Origin: Acidobacteriota bacterium
Lineage (GTDB): Bacteria > Acidobacteriota > Aminicenantia > UBA2199
Assembly (NCBI GenBank): GCA_030837085.1
Contig: JAUPLE010000104.1
Location: 1-44,850, forward strand
Direction of reading: 5' to 3'
Length of the DNA stretch: 44,850 bases
In this document: piece after piece, positions 1-13,000 of the stretch
Numbering within the stretch: the first letter of the stretch is position 1
How the letters are laid out: every line of letters starts with the position of its first letter
Notes under the pieces: model-generated
Seen by the model: the letters and a program-made list of their open reading frames with translations, nothing else
The model's database searches: none
What the model was told of the DNA's origin: nothing
Translations under genes and position numbers: made by a program

Positions 1-474
1 AGTGAGCAAATCCTGCACCCGGGAAAATATATAAAACGGGAGAAACCCATTCCCGTAACGATACAATACCGTCCCGAGGGTTACGAGTTGTATCATTCCG
101 GCGTCATCGGCGAATACTACTTAAACGTGCTGTTGATGGCAAAAAACGCCAATAAGTATATGGATTTTGCCAATGGCTGGGGCGGGGATACGTTTAATAT
201 CTATCAAAAGCCCTCATTCCATTTCCTGGTATGGAAATCCGCCTGGGATGAAGAAAAGTTTTGCTCCGCCTTTTACTTTATCTTCAAGCAGTTTATCGAA
301 AAAACATTCCTGGTGAATTTTAAAGATGGCAACATCAAGGGCAGTTCTTTCATCGCCGGGCAATCCGGGGACAATTACTTTTTTTTAAGCAAAGCAAAAA
401 ATGAAATAATTTACGTACGAACAAACGATAGGAGCCAAATGAATAAGTTTATCTATGGAGGAAACTATGATTAA
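1..474 (+). CDS. 3' part of a conserved hypothetical protein (starts before the window)
   Basis: Frame 1 is open from base 1 (SEQILHPGKY... through GWGGD...) to TAA at 472-474, so the 128-aa ORF is its truncated tail. The stop overlaps the efp start (ATGATTAA). Confidence 0.7.
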   Translation, partial: SEQILHPGKYIKREKPIPVTIQYRPEGYELYHSGVIGEYYLNVLLMAKNANKYMDFANGWGGDTFNIYQKPSFHFLVWKSAWDEEKFCSAFYFIFKQFIEKTFLVNFKDGNIKGSSFIAGQSGDNYFFLSKAKNEIIYVRTNDRSQMNKFIYGGNYD

Positions 475-1030
475 AGCGACACAGATCCGGAAAGGAATCA
501 TCATACTTTTAAATGAGAAGTTGTACCGCGTGGACGAAATGGAGCATGTGACTCCCGGTAAAGGTATTGCCGTTGTCCAGACCAAGCTCAGGGATTTAAA
601 CGACATGTCGGTAAGGAATTACCGGTTCCGGCCGTCCGAAACCGTTGAGAAGGTAGTCCTGGATTCAAATGAATTAACTTATTCCTACCAGGATGAGGAT
701 AATTACATTTTCATGGACAATGAGACCTTTGACCAGGTCAGCCTCAGTAAGGATTTCCTGGGCGATTCTGTTTTCTATTTGCAAGACGGGGCCATTTACA
801 CACTGGAGTCTTACCGGGGCACGCCCATGAATTTGACGCCCCCCACAGCCATGGAGTTCGAGGTAGTAGAAGCAGAAACTACCCTTAAAGGCGCCACGGT
901 CCAGGCCTCTTACAAACCCGCTAAATTGGACAACGGAATGGAGATCATGGTGCCCCCCTTTATCGAAGTAGGCAACGTCATTAAAGTGGACACCCGCGAC
1001 GGCAGCTATATCGAACGAGTCAAAAAATAA
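467..1030 (+). CDS. efp: Translation elongation factor P
   Basis: HVTPGKG loop (Lys34 type), YIFMDNETFDQ, KPAKLDNG and VPPFIEVGNVIKVDTRDGSYIER motifs. GGAGG at 457-461 favours the ATG at 467 over 455. Confidence 0.97.
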   Translation: MIKATQIRKGIIILLNEKLYRVDEMEHVTPGKGIAVVQTKLRDLNDMSVRNYRFRPSETVEKVVLDSNELTYSYQDEDNYIFMDNETFDQVSLSKDFLGDSVFYLQDGAIYTLESYRGTPMNLTPPTAMEFEVVEAETTLKGATVQASYKPAKLDNGMEIMVPPFIEVGNVIKVDTRDGSYIERVKK

Positions 1031-1044
1031 AAACACACAACACT

Positions 1045-4000
1045 TTACTCTTGAGATAACGCCCTAACAAATAATTGCCAGGTCTGAATAACTGCCGGAC
1101 TTTTCAGGATCGAAAAGTGAGTGCCGCTTATTTCATACGTTTTTACAGGATTAGCACAGTAATCATTCCAACTATTTAGAAATACTCGTGGAGATTGATT
1201 TGCCTTAAAATAGTGAAGCTCGGTTATAATTTTCCGAGAAGGAATATAGTCTAACCGTGCATTAGTTAAAGTTCTACCAATATTCAGGTAATAAATTAAA
1301 TCCCTGGCGCCCAATCGCTGGTAATTGGGAATTATTTGAGCCAGGTAATCCGGAATCATTGCCTTTATTATATCAACACTATAATGATTTTCTTCCCAAA
1401 AATTGACTATTGAGGACCAAATCTCATTCATATCGGTTCGATTATTCACTTCTTCATGGATTCGATTATCACCCTGCCAATACTCCAGGAACAATTCTTT
1501 TTCGGATTGCGGGGTAAAGGCAAAGGCTTGTTCTTTCCAATCCCCTTGCGGACCCGGGGCGTCGAGCAGACCGAGGAACGAGACTGCTTCTCCCAACCGT
1601 TCCAATTGCAGTACCATTTCAAAAGCAATAGTACCTCCCAAAGACCAACCCACAATACGATAAGGTCCCTTCGGTTGAACTTTTTTTATCTTCTCAATAT
1701 AGTCCTCGGCCAATTTCTCAATGGTGATATTCCGGGGACCGCAGTTTTCACGATTTATAACATCGGTGCGCAAACCCCAAATATTTAAATCCACATCCAC
1801 AGGAAATTGTTGACAGAATTCCAAATACCCTTCCACTTCCCCGCTGCCGTCGTGAACCAGGAAGAGATGATGGACCTCCGATGATCCTTTCCGCAACAAT
1901 ACAACGTAAGGATCAGCTATCCCGTGAGCCTCCTTTTCCATACCCGCTATATATTCAGCCAAATGACGAATGGAAGGTCGAATAAATACTTCCGCCAGGG
2001 GAACCTTTACCTTGAACATCTCATAGACCCGGGCTGTCATTGCCGTGGCTTTCAATGAATGTCCACCTATTTCGAAAAAATTAGCATCGATACCGATCGA
2101 CGGTTGACCTAAAATCTCAGACCACAATTCCGACAATTTCCGTTCAATCTCATTCCTCGGCACCGTAAACTCTTCTTTTATTCCAGCATTCACAACGGGA
2201 TCAGGAAGCGTTTTCCGATCGATTTTACCATTGGGATTCAAAGGGATTTTTTCAATCGACATAAAGTAAGTGGGGATCATATAATCCGGCAACTGCTGCA
2301 ATAAATATTGTCTTAGATCACTAGCGGAAACCTCTTTTTTATCGGCAGAGGCAACAAAATACGCGATGAGATATTTATCTTTATGTTCATCTTCTTTGAC
2401 CAGTACCACTGCATCTTTAATCCCGGGATAATGCAATAACCGGTTCTCTATTTCCCCCAATTCAATACGGAATCCCCTGATCTTGACCTGCTCATCGATC
2501 CGCCCCAGGTATTCGATAATCCCTTTAGTGGTTCCCCCCACCGGGGGGCCATCCGAAAGCCACCGCGCCAGGTCGCCGGTCCGATAAAACCTTTGCCTCC
2601 GGCGGGTCAGAACCTTTTTGAAAAAAGGTTCCGACACCTCCAAAAACTTCTGATTAGTTAATTCCGGGTTATTCAAATACCCCATGGAAACCCCATCACC
2701 CCCAATATACAATTCACCGGCAATATTTACCGGGCATACATTATTATATTTATCAAGGATTAGATGGACCGTATTACCAGCCGATTCCCCAATGGGAATA
2801 CTGCCAAGCGAAACAAATTGCGTTAAACTTTCCCGCTCGATTTCCAATACCGCGGATATAATCGTTGCCTCCGTGGGACCATACATATTAAACACCCGGC
2901 ACCCACTGCTCACCGATGCAAAACTCCGTTCCACCAGGTCATAAGTCAATTTCTCCGCGCCGATAAATAGAGACTTTAAAGTAATGGGAATGGTAGGCGC
3001 TTTTACAATATATTGATACTGCGTAGGCGTTACATGAAGTATGGTCACGCCATGCCGGTTCATAAAATCAACACTGGCAGCCGCGTCCATTAATACTTCT
3101 TCCGAAACCATGCAAAGACTTGCGCCGGACGTAAGAGTAATAAATATCTCCCACACCGACCAATCAAAATAATAAGAGAGGTTCTGGAGGGTGCGATCAT
3201 GAATCCCAATACCCAGGTTGTGATATCCCCAATGCAGCAGCGGCGACAAATTGGCATGGGTAATGAGCACACCTTTGGGATTCCCGGTGGAACCGGAAGT
3301 GTAGATGACATAAGCGAGATTTGAAGAGCTTAGAAGGTAAGAGGGTAAGAAGGTAAGAGGGTAAGAAGAATTATTGGGAGATTCGGAGATGTCTTCAAAA
3401 AAAAGTTTCTCACCTTCCCACCTTCCCACGCTCAACTTCTCACCTTCTTTATTGCTGGCGGTAACCAATATTTTGGCTCCGCTATCTATCAACATAAAAT
3501 CGCTGCGTTCCCCCGGGTTCCTGGGATTGATCGGCATATAAGCACAGCCAGCCTTCCATATACCCAGGATGCCGGCAAGCATTTCCAAAGAACGTTCCAC
3601 CAGCAGCCCCACAATGTCACCCGATTGGACATCCTTCCGGATCAATAAATGGGCCAGGTGCCCCGATTTTTTATTTAATTCGGAATAGGTAATATAGGAC
3701 CCATAAGACCTATAGGACATATATTCAAATAGTACTATCCCGTCGGGTGTCCGGGCTACCTGCTCTTCAAATAATCGGCAGATGTTTTTATCCTCCGGGA
3801 AATAAAGGGTTGTTCCGTTAAACTCATACAAAAGCTGCAGTTTTTTTTCTTCGGTTATAATCTCCACAGCGGCTATTTTTTGATGCGCATTTCCAATAAT
3901 TACGGATACCACCTGTTTGAAATATGCGGCAAAACGCCGCATCGTCTCCTCTTTGAAAAGTTTGGTACAATAAGTGAACGAGCAAACCAGTTTCTCTTCA

Positions 4001-7000
4001 ACTTCAGTACAGGTCAAAATAAGATCGAATTTTGCAATCCCGGTTTCGATTTCATAGGGGATTATTTTTAATTGGGATGTTTCTACGCGGGCATTTTCTT
4101 TGCCCTGGGTTTCCAGGTTTTGTAACGAAAACATAGTATCAAAGATGGGGTTACGACTAACATCACGGTTTAACAATACCTTTTCCACTAAGTCTTCAAA
4201 CTGGTACTCCTGGTTTTCAAAAGCGTCCAGGGTACTTATTTTGAGTTCCGATAAAAAATCAACGAATTCCATATGGCCTTCGGGATAGTTCCTCAGCGCC
4301 AACGTGTTGACAAACATACCAATCGTTTTTTCCAGGTCCGCATGTCGGCGGCCGGCGATAGGTGTGCCGATAACAATATCTTCCTGGCCCGTTAGCCTGG
4401 CCAATAAAATATTGTATACAGCCAGTAAAAGCATGTACAATGTTACACCCCGCGCAGCGACAATACCCTTTAAGGCAGCGGTGGCATCCGAAGGTATCGT
4501 AAAACCGAATGAGCGACCTTCAAAACTCTGTACTACCGGCCTGGGATAATCAGTGAAGATATTCAGCGCCGGTACTTCGCCTTCAAACACGTTAAGCCAA
4601 TAGGCTTCCTGCTTTTTTATTCTTTCTTTTTCGCTATATTGCCACTCGGAAAAATCTTTATATTGAATTCTTACCGGTTCCAGATGGTCACCGTTGTATA
4701 GGGCAAAAAAATCCCTGATCAATATCCCGTTGGAGACTCCGTCGGAAATAATGTGATGCATATCGACGGCCAGCACATGTTCGGTTTCCGCTTCTTTAAC
4801 CAATCCCACCCGTAGTAATGGCGCTCTCGATAAATCGAAAGCGCGGATAAAATGATTCGGTGTATTCACGAATGATGAATGATGAAGTTTTTCTACTTCG
4901 CGTTCCTTCGCGTTCTTCGCGGCCAAATCATAACATTCGATTTTAAATTCCACTTCTTCAAGTACCTTCTGCACCGGGTCCCGGCCTAACATATGAAAAG
5001 AGGTTCTTAAACTATCATGGCGCTGGATCAATTTCCCGAAAGTCACTTTTAATTTTTTGCTGTCAAGCGCCCCGGAGAGGTGGAAAACCTGCGGCATATT
5101 GTAAGCGACACTTTCTAGTTCCATTTGCTGCAAAATATACAACCGTTTTTGGGCCGATGATAAGACATAATAATCCTTTTTTTCCACGGGCTCAATCGAT
5201 AGATACTTCTCCTGCCTCACACCCTGTATAAATGCTGACAATTCTCTGATGGTGGGATTTTTAAATATTTCTATTACCGGCGTTTTTACATTAAAGGTCT
5301 TATGTACCCTTGCAGCCATGATAGTGGCCTTTAACGAATGCCCTCCTATATCAAAAAAGTTTGTGTCTACCCCCAGTTGGTCCTTTTGGATTCCCAATAT
5401 TCCCGACCATATTTCCAGCAATTTTGCTTCAATTTCATTTTGCGGGGCTGTGTGTGCGCCTACTGCGGTTACAATGGGTTCGGGTAGCGCTTTCCGGTCA
5501 ATTTTCCCGTTAGGATTCAAAGGAATTCTTTCAATTTGAATAAAATAAGCTGGAACCATATAATCCGGTAGATGCTGCGCCAAGTACTGTTTAAGTTCAG
5601 TGGTTAGGACCTCATTTCCAGTCACTTTAGCAACAAAATACGCGATGAGATATTTGTCTTTATTTTCATCTTCTTTGACCAGTATTACGGCTTCTTTAAT
5701 CCCGGGATAGTGTAATAGCCGGTTCTCTATTTCTCCCAATTCGATGCGGAATCCCCGAATCTTGACCTGCTCATCGATCCGCCCCAGGTATTCGATAATC
5801 CCTTTAGTGGCTCCCCCCGCCGGGGGGCCATCCGAAAGCCACCGCGCCAGGTCGCCGGTCTTGTAGAAAATATATGTCTTATAGGACTTATAGGACCTAT
5901 AAAATTTGTCTGCGGTTAATTCCGGGTTATTCAAATACCCCATGGAAACCCCATCGCCCCCAATATACAATTCACCGGCAATATTCACCGGGCATAAGTT
6001 ATTATATTTATCAAGGATTAGATGGATGGTGTTGCCCGCCGATTTCCCGATAGGGATACTAGTGAGCGATTTAAACTGGGCTAAACTCTCCCGGTGGATT
6101 TCCAAAACCGCTGATATAATCGTTGCCTCGGTGGGGCCATACATATTAAACACCCGGCACCCATTGCTCACCGATGCAAAACTCCGTTCCACCAGGTCAT
6201 AGGAAAGTTTCTCCGCACCGATAAATAAATACTTCAATGTAACAGGTATATTGACCGCTTTTACAAAGTATTGATATTGAGTAGGCGTGGCATGAAGTAT
6301 TGTTGCGCCATGACGGTTGATAAAATCGACCCCGGCGACCGCGTCCAACAACATACCTTCGGGCGATATGTAAAGGCTTGCACCGGTAGTGAGAGTGATA
6401 AATATCTCCCATACAGACCAATCAAAATAATAGGACAGGTTCTGGAGGGTACGATCATGAATCCCAATCCCCAGGTTGTGATATCCCCAGTGCAGCAGCG
6501 GCGACAAATTGGCGTGAGTAATAAGCACACCTTTAGGGTTCCCGGTGGAACCGGAGGTGAAAATGATATAAGCTAAATTTGAAGGGTTTAAATTCGAAGC
6601 ACGAAATTCGAAGCACGAAACAATACCCAAATTCAAATGTTCAAAATCCAAAACCATCAGATATTCAAAGTTTCTGCGTAGATTACTACTTGTCAATAAA
6701 AACCTGGCGCCGCATTCGGCTAGCATATATTCGTTCCTGGCCACAGGGGCTTTGGGGTTCAGGGGTGCATAGGCGCAACCGGCCTTCCATATACCCAGGA
6801 TACCGGTAATCATTTCAAACGAACGCTCCACCAACAAGCCCACAATATCGCCCGATTGGACACCTTTCCGGATCAATAAATGGGCTAGGTGTCCCGATTT
6901 TTTATTTAATTCGGAGTAGGTAATATAGGCCCCATAGGACCTATAGGACATATATACAAATAGCGCAATCCCATCAGGCGTCCGGGCAACCTGTTCTTCA

Positions 7001-10000
7001 AATAATTGACAAATGTTTTTCTCTTCCGGGAAGCACCGCGTTGGATCGTTAAACTCATACAAAAGCTGCTGCTTTTCTTCAACGGATATTATTTCCACTT
7101 CGGATATTTTCTTATTTATATTCTCTATAACAGTTAATACCACCTGGTTGAAATATTGTGCAAACCGCTGGATAGTCTCTTTTTTGAAAAGTTTTATACA
7201 ATAATTGAAGGAACAAACCAGTTGCTGTTCAACTTCAGTACAGCCTAAAATAAGATCGAACTTGGCAACTTCGGATTCGATTTCATAAGGTTTTACTTTC
7301 AATTGTGAAGTACCTACTTGAGGTGTTTCACTATCCCGGTTTCGGCTTTCCAAATTCTGAAAAGTAAACATAGTATCAAAAATTGGGTTACGACTTGCAT
7401 CACGGTTAACCGATACCATTTCCACTAAGTCTTCAAATTGATACTCCTGGTTTTCGAATGCTTCCAGGGTCCTTTCTCCAACTTCAGTTAAGAATTCCCC
7501 GAATTTCTTATTGCCTCCGGGATAGTTTCTTAGCGCCAACGTGTTGACAAACATACCAATGGTTTTCTCTAAATCCGCATGTCTGCGACCGGCGATTGGC
7601 GTTCCGATGATAATATCTTCCTGGTTGGTCAATTTGGCCAATAAAACATTATATAGGGCGAGTAAAGTCATGTACAATGTCGCGCCCTTCGAAGCAGCGA
7701 TACGTTTTAAGGTTCCGGTCACATCCATGGGTAATGCAAAACCGAACGAACGGCCGACAAAACTCTGCACTGACGGCCTGGGATAATCAGTGAAAATATT
7801 CAGTACCGGCACCTCACCTGTAAACACTTTAAGCCAATATGCTCCCTGCCTTGCTATTTCCTCTTTTTTCTTTTCGCTGTTTTGCCATTCGGAAAAATCT
7901 TTATATTGGATTCTTACCGGTTTTGGTTCATCGCCGTTGTAAAGGATTAAAAAATCCCTGATCAATATCCCGTTGGAGACGCCATCGGAAATAATGTGAT
8001 GCATATCGACGACCAGCACATGTTCGGTTTCCGCTTCTTTAACCAATCCCACCCTCAATAACGGCGTTTTAGTCAGATCGAAAGGGCGAATAAAATTCTT
8101 TATAAAATCAGACAACCTTGTAGACAATGTAACATCGCCCCTAATATCCCCTAACCCCGGATTCCTGACTTCCAATGTTTCGATTTCAAATTCGGCCTCA
8201 TCATTTATTCGCTGCACCGGCTCGCTTTCTATCATGGGAAAAAATGTTCTCAAACTTTCATGCCGTTTAATTAGCTTTTTAAAAGCTGTTGCCAATTTTG
8301 CCTCATCTAGTTTCCCGAAAAGATGAAAAGCCTGCGGCATGTTATAGACGGTACTTTCCAACTCCATTTGCTGCAAAATATACAGCCGTGTCTGGGCTGG
8401 TGATAAAACATAATACTCTTTTTTCTCCACTGGTTCCAGGGATGTGTATTTATCGCCTTTCACCACGTGTATACGGACTGCCAATTCCCTGATGGTAGGA
8501 TTTTTAAATATTTCCATCAATGGAATCTTTACACCCAGTACCTTATGTATATTAGAAACAACTACGGTGGCCTTTAACGAATGCCCGCCTACCTCGAAAA
8601 AGTTAGTGTCTACCCCCAATAAGTGCTCTTGGATTCCTAAAATTCCTGACCATATCTTTACTAATTTTGCCTCAATTTCATTTTTCGGCGCTGTGTGAAC
8701 ACTTCCGGTAGTTACCAGGGGTTCGGGCAGCGCTTTCCGGTCGATCTTACCGTTAGGATTTAAAGGAATTCTCTCAATTTGAATAAAATAAGAGGGGACC
8801 ATATAATCCGGTAGATGCTGCGCTAAGTATTGTTTTAGTTCAGCGGTTGGGATATCATCGCCAGCCGAATTGGCAACATAATATGCAATGAGATATTTTC
8901 CCTTGTTTTCATCCTCCTTGACCAGCACTACGGCTTCTTTAACCTGGGAATATTTGATCAATCGATTTTCGATCTCCCCACATTCGATACGGAATCCCCT
9001 GATCTTGACCTGCTCATCGATCCGCCCCAGGTATTCGATAATCCCTTTAGTGGTTCCCCCCGCCGGGGGGCCATCGGAAAGCCACCGGGCCAGGTCGCCG
9101 GTTTTGTAGAAACGGTCTTTTGTCATTTGACATTGGTCATTGGAGAAATTGTTATTACTACTAATGACCAATGACGATTGACTAATGGCATCTCGTTTAA
9201 ATCTCTCTACTGTCAATTCCGGGTTATTTAAATATCCCCTGGATACGCCGGCCCCTCCGACCAACAATTCGCCAGAGACTCCAACCGGGACCAGGAAACC
9301 GTACTTATCTACCACGTAAGCGGTGGAATTGAATATGGGTTTACCGATCGGGATTCTCTGGAGATATTCCTCATCGATCAAAAAAGTAGTTGAAAAGGTG
9401 GTATTCTCGGTTGGGCCGTAGCCATTGATAATATTCAAGTGGGGAAACCTCTTCTTTACACGATTAATATGAACCGGGGACAAGACATCACCCCCAACCA
9501 GCAAATTCTTTATTCCCACAAATATCTCAACATCCATCCCGGATAATTGGTTAAAAAGAGGTGAGGTAAGCCACATGGTAGCAATATCCAATTTTCGTAT
9601 ATTCTCCTTCAATCTTTCAGGATTCAATATCTCATCTTTAGCGGCAATACAGAGTGTCATTCCATTTAATAATGATCCCCAGATTTCAAAAGTGGAAGCA
9701 TCAAATTCCAATGCCCCGGTCTGCAAAAGTCGGTCATTCTCCCTGAATTCCACATAATTTGTATTTTTCACCAACCTTACCACATTACGATGCTCCACCA
9801 TAACAGCTTTTGGCCTGCCGGTGGAACCGGAGGTGTAGATGAGGTAAGCGAGATTTGAAGGGATTTGAAGGTAAGAGGGTAAGAACGTAAGAGAGTAAGA
9901 AGAAATTTTTGGGGATTTGTGGATTGCTTCCAAAAGAACTTTCTTACCTTCCCACCTTCTCACGCTCAACTTCTCACCTTCTTTATCGTTGGCGGAAACT

Positions 10001-13000
10001 AACAATTTAACCCCACTGTCTTTCAACATATAATCAACTCTTTCCTGGGGGTACTCCGGATCGATAGGCAGATAGGCGCCACCGGATTTTAATATACCCA
10101 GGATTCCTATGATTATTTCAATGGAACGTTCCGTTACAATACCAACGATAGAATCGGGTTTGACGCCTTTCTGTATTAGCCACCCAGCCAGGTAACAGGA
10201 TTTATTATCTAATTCGATATAGGTAACATGAGACATATGAGATGCACAAAGTGCAATCCGGTAGGGTACCCGTCCGACCTGTTCCTCAAACAATTGACAA
10301 ATGGTTTTCTTTCCCGGGAAGTCCCTCATTGTATCGTTGAACTCATACAAAAGCTGCAACTTTTCTTTCCCGGTTATTATTTCCAGTTCGGATATTTTCT
10401 TATTTTTATTTTCTATGATTGTTGATACAACCTGCTTAAAATATTGGGCAAACCGCTGGATAGTCTCTTTTTTAAAAAGTTTTGTACAATAATTGAATGA
10501 ACAAACTATTTTCTCTTCAACTTGAGTACAGGTTAAACTGAGATCGAACTTTGCAACCTCGGATTCGATTTCATAAGGTTTTATTTTCAATCGGGATGTT
10601 TCTGCCTGTGGGATTTCACTGGACCGAGTATCAAAATTTTGCAGAGTTAACATGGTGTCAAAGATAGGATTACGACTGGCATCACGTTTAAGCAATACCT
10701 TTTCCACTAAATCTTCAAATTGGTACTCCTGGTTCTCATAAGCTTCCAGGGTCTTTTCCTTGACCTCCAATAAAAAATCCACGAACCCCTTATGGCCTTC
10801 GGGATAGTTCCTCAGAGCCAGGGTATTGACAAACATGCCAATAATTTTTTCCAGGTCCGCATGCCGACGAGCAGCAATGGGTGTCCCTACAATAATATCC
10901 TCCTGGCCACTGAGTTTGGTCAATAATATACTGTAAATCGACAACAGCGCCATGTATAAAGTGCTTCCTATTTGCTGTGCCAATAGGTTTAATTCAATGG
11001 TAGACTCAGTAGATAGGTCAAACAATAGGCTGTTCCCTTCAAAACTTTGAACCTCTGGCCTGGGATAATCAAAGGGTAAATTTAAAACCGGGACTTCCCC
11101 GTTAAACTGCATTAACCAATACTTTTCCTGTTTTGCGACCGTTTTCTTTATCGTTTCGCTGATTTGCCATTCGGCATAGTCTTTGTATTGGAATTTCAAA
11201 ATAGGTAATCGCTCTCCGCCATATAAACTGATCGCTTCTCTAATAAACAACCCCATGGAGGTTCCATCAGTGACAATATGATGCATATTTACCAGGAGTA
11301 TATGCCTCTCTTTTACCGGCTTTATTACCATCACGCGCAATAATGGGGCAGCGGAAAGATCAAAAGGTCTCATAAGACGATCACATATATCAGGCATGGA
11401 AAACAGCTCTGCTGATGAAGATGGTAAAATTGAAAGATCAAAATAGTCGGAGTTAAAGTCTACTTGATCATGAATCTTCTGAATCGGCTCTTCCTCTAAT
11501 AGGTGAAAAGACGTACGCAAACTTTCATGACGTGCCAGCAATTGGCTGAAAATCCCTTCAAGAATGTCAACCTCCAATTGCCCATCTATCTCCACTGCCA
11601 GCGGTACATTGTAAGCAGAGCTTGTTAAACTCATCTGCTGCAAGATATATAATCGTTTCTGGGCCGAAGATAAACAATAATACTCTTTTTTTTCTGCCAA
11701 TTGTATGGACGCAAAAGGATCTTCACTCGATTGGAGTATATAATTGGACAACTCTCTTATGGTAGGAATACTAAATAACTCGGCCAGTGGGATATTCACA
11801 TTAAATGCTTTGTGCAGTTTTGATATTAAGATCGTGGCCTTTAAGGAATGCCCTCCCAATTCAAAAAAATTATCTTCAATACCAATCGAGTGTTCCAATT
11901 GAGATATATGCCCTGCGTCTCGCCCTAATACCTCTGCCCATATTCTTACCATCCTATTTTCCACATTATTCCGTGGGGCAATATATCCACTCCCTATTTC
12001 GATTCCCGGTTCAGGAAGCGACTGTCTGTCAATTTTGCCGTTGATAGTTAAGGGAATCCTGTTCAATTGAACAAAATAAGCTGGCACCATATAATCCGGT
12101 AATTGCTGCGCAAGGGACTTTTTTAAAGTCGCAGTCTCAAACAGCGGTTCTACAGGAACGACATAGGCGCAAAGATATTTTTCACCGATACGATTTTTTT
12201 TAACCAATACCACAGCGTCTTTCAGAAAACCGGTTTGCAGCAATCGGTTTTCTATTTCTCCAGGCTCAACGCGATAACCCCTGATTTTAACCTGGGAATC
12301 AACCCGCCCTAAAAATTCGATATTTCCGTCCGGAAGCCAGCGAGCAAGATCACCGGTTTTGTAAAGAATATAGGTCTTTTGGGACCTATCGGACCTATTA
12401 AAAATAAATTTTTCCGCAGTTAATTCCGGGTTGTTTAGATACCCCCTGGAGAGGCCGTCCCCTCCCACAAACAACTCACCCACTGCACCGATAGGAGTTA
12501 GCTGATAATGACTCCCCAGGATATAAGCCAGGGAGTTGCTGATGGGCCTGCCAATAGGAATATTTTCGTGGTATTCTCTATCTATCCGGAAAGTAGTGGA
12601 AAAGGTAGTGTTTTCCGTGGGGCCATAGCCATTGATAATATTTAATTTTGAGAATTGTTTTCTTAAGCGGTTAATATGTGCCGGCGACAGCACATCACCC
12701 CCCACCAGTAGATTTTTGAGACCTTTAAATACTTCGATATCAGTATCAAGCACCTGGTTAAAAAACGGGGCTGTCATCCACATAATGGTCACCTTAAATC
12801 GAATTACCGCTTGTTTTAACTTTCCAAAGTTCAATATCGTATCTCTATCCACCAGGTGTAGAGTTAATCCATTTAACAATGCCCCCCAGATTTCAAAGGT
12901 TGAAGCATCAAATTCCAATGCTCCAGTCTGTAAAATACTATCTGCATCCTCAAACCGGATAAAAGTATTATTCTTCACCAACCGAACCACACTTTTATGC

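Noticed and set aside
467-1030. EF-P as a dedicated cluster or resistance gene
   Set aside because: It is on the opposite strand, coupled to its own upstream gene, and canonical in sequence. Only adjacency supports a link.
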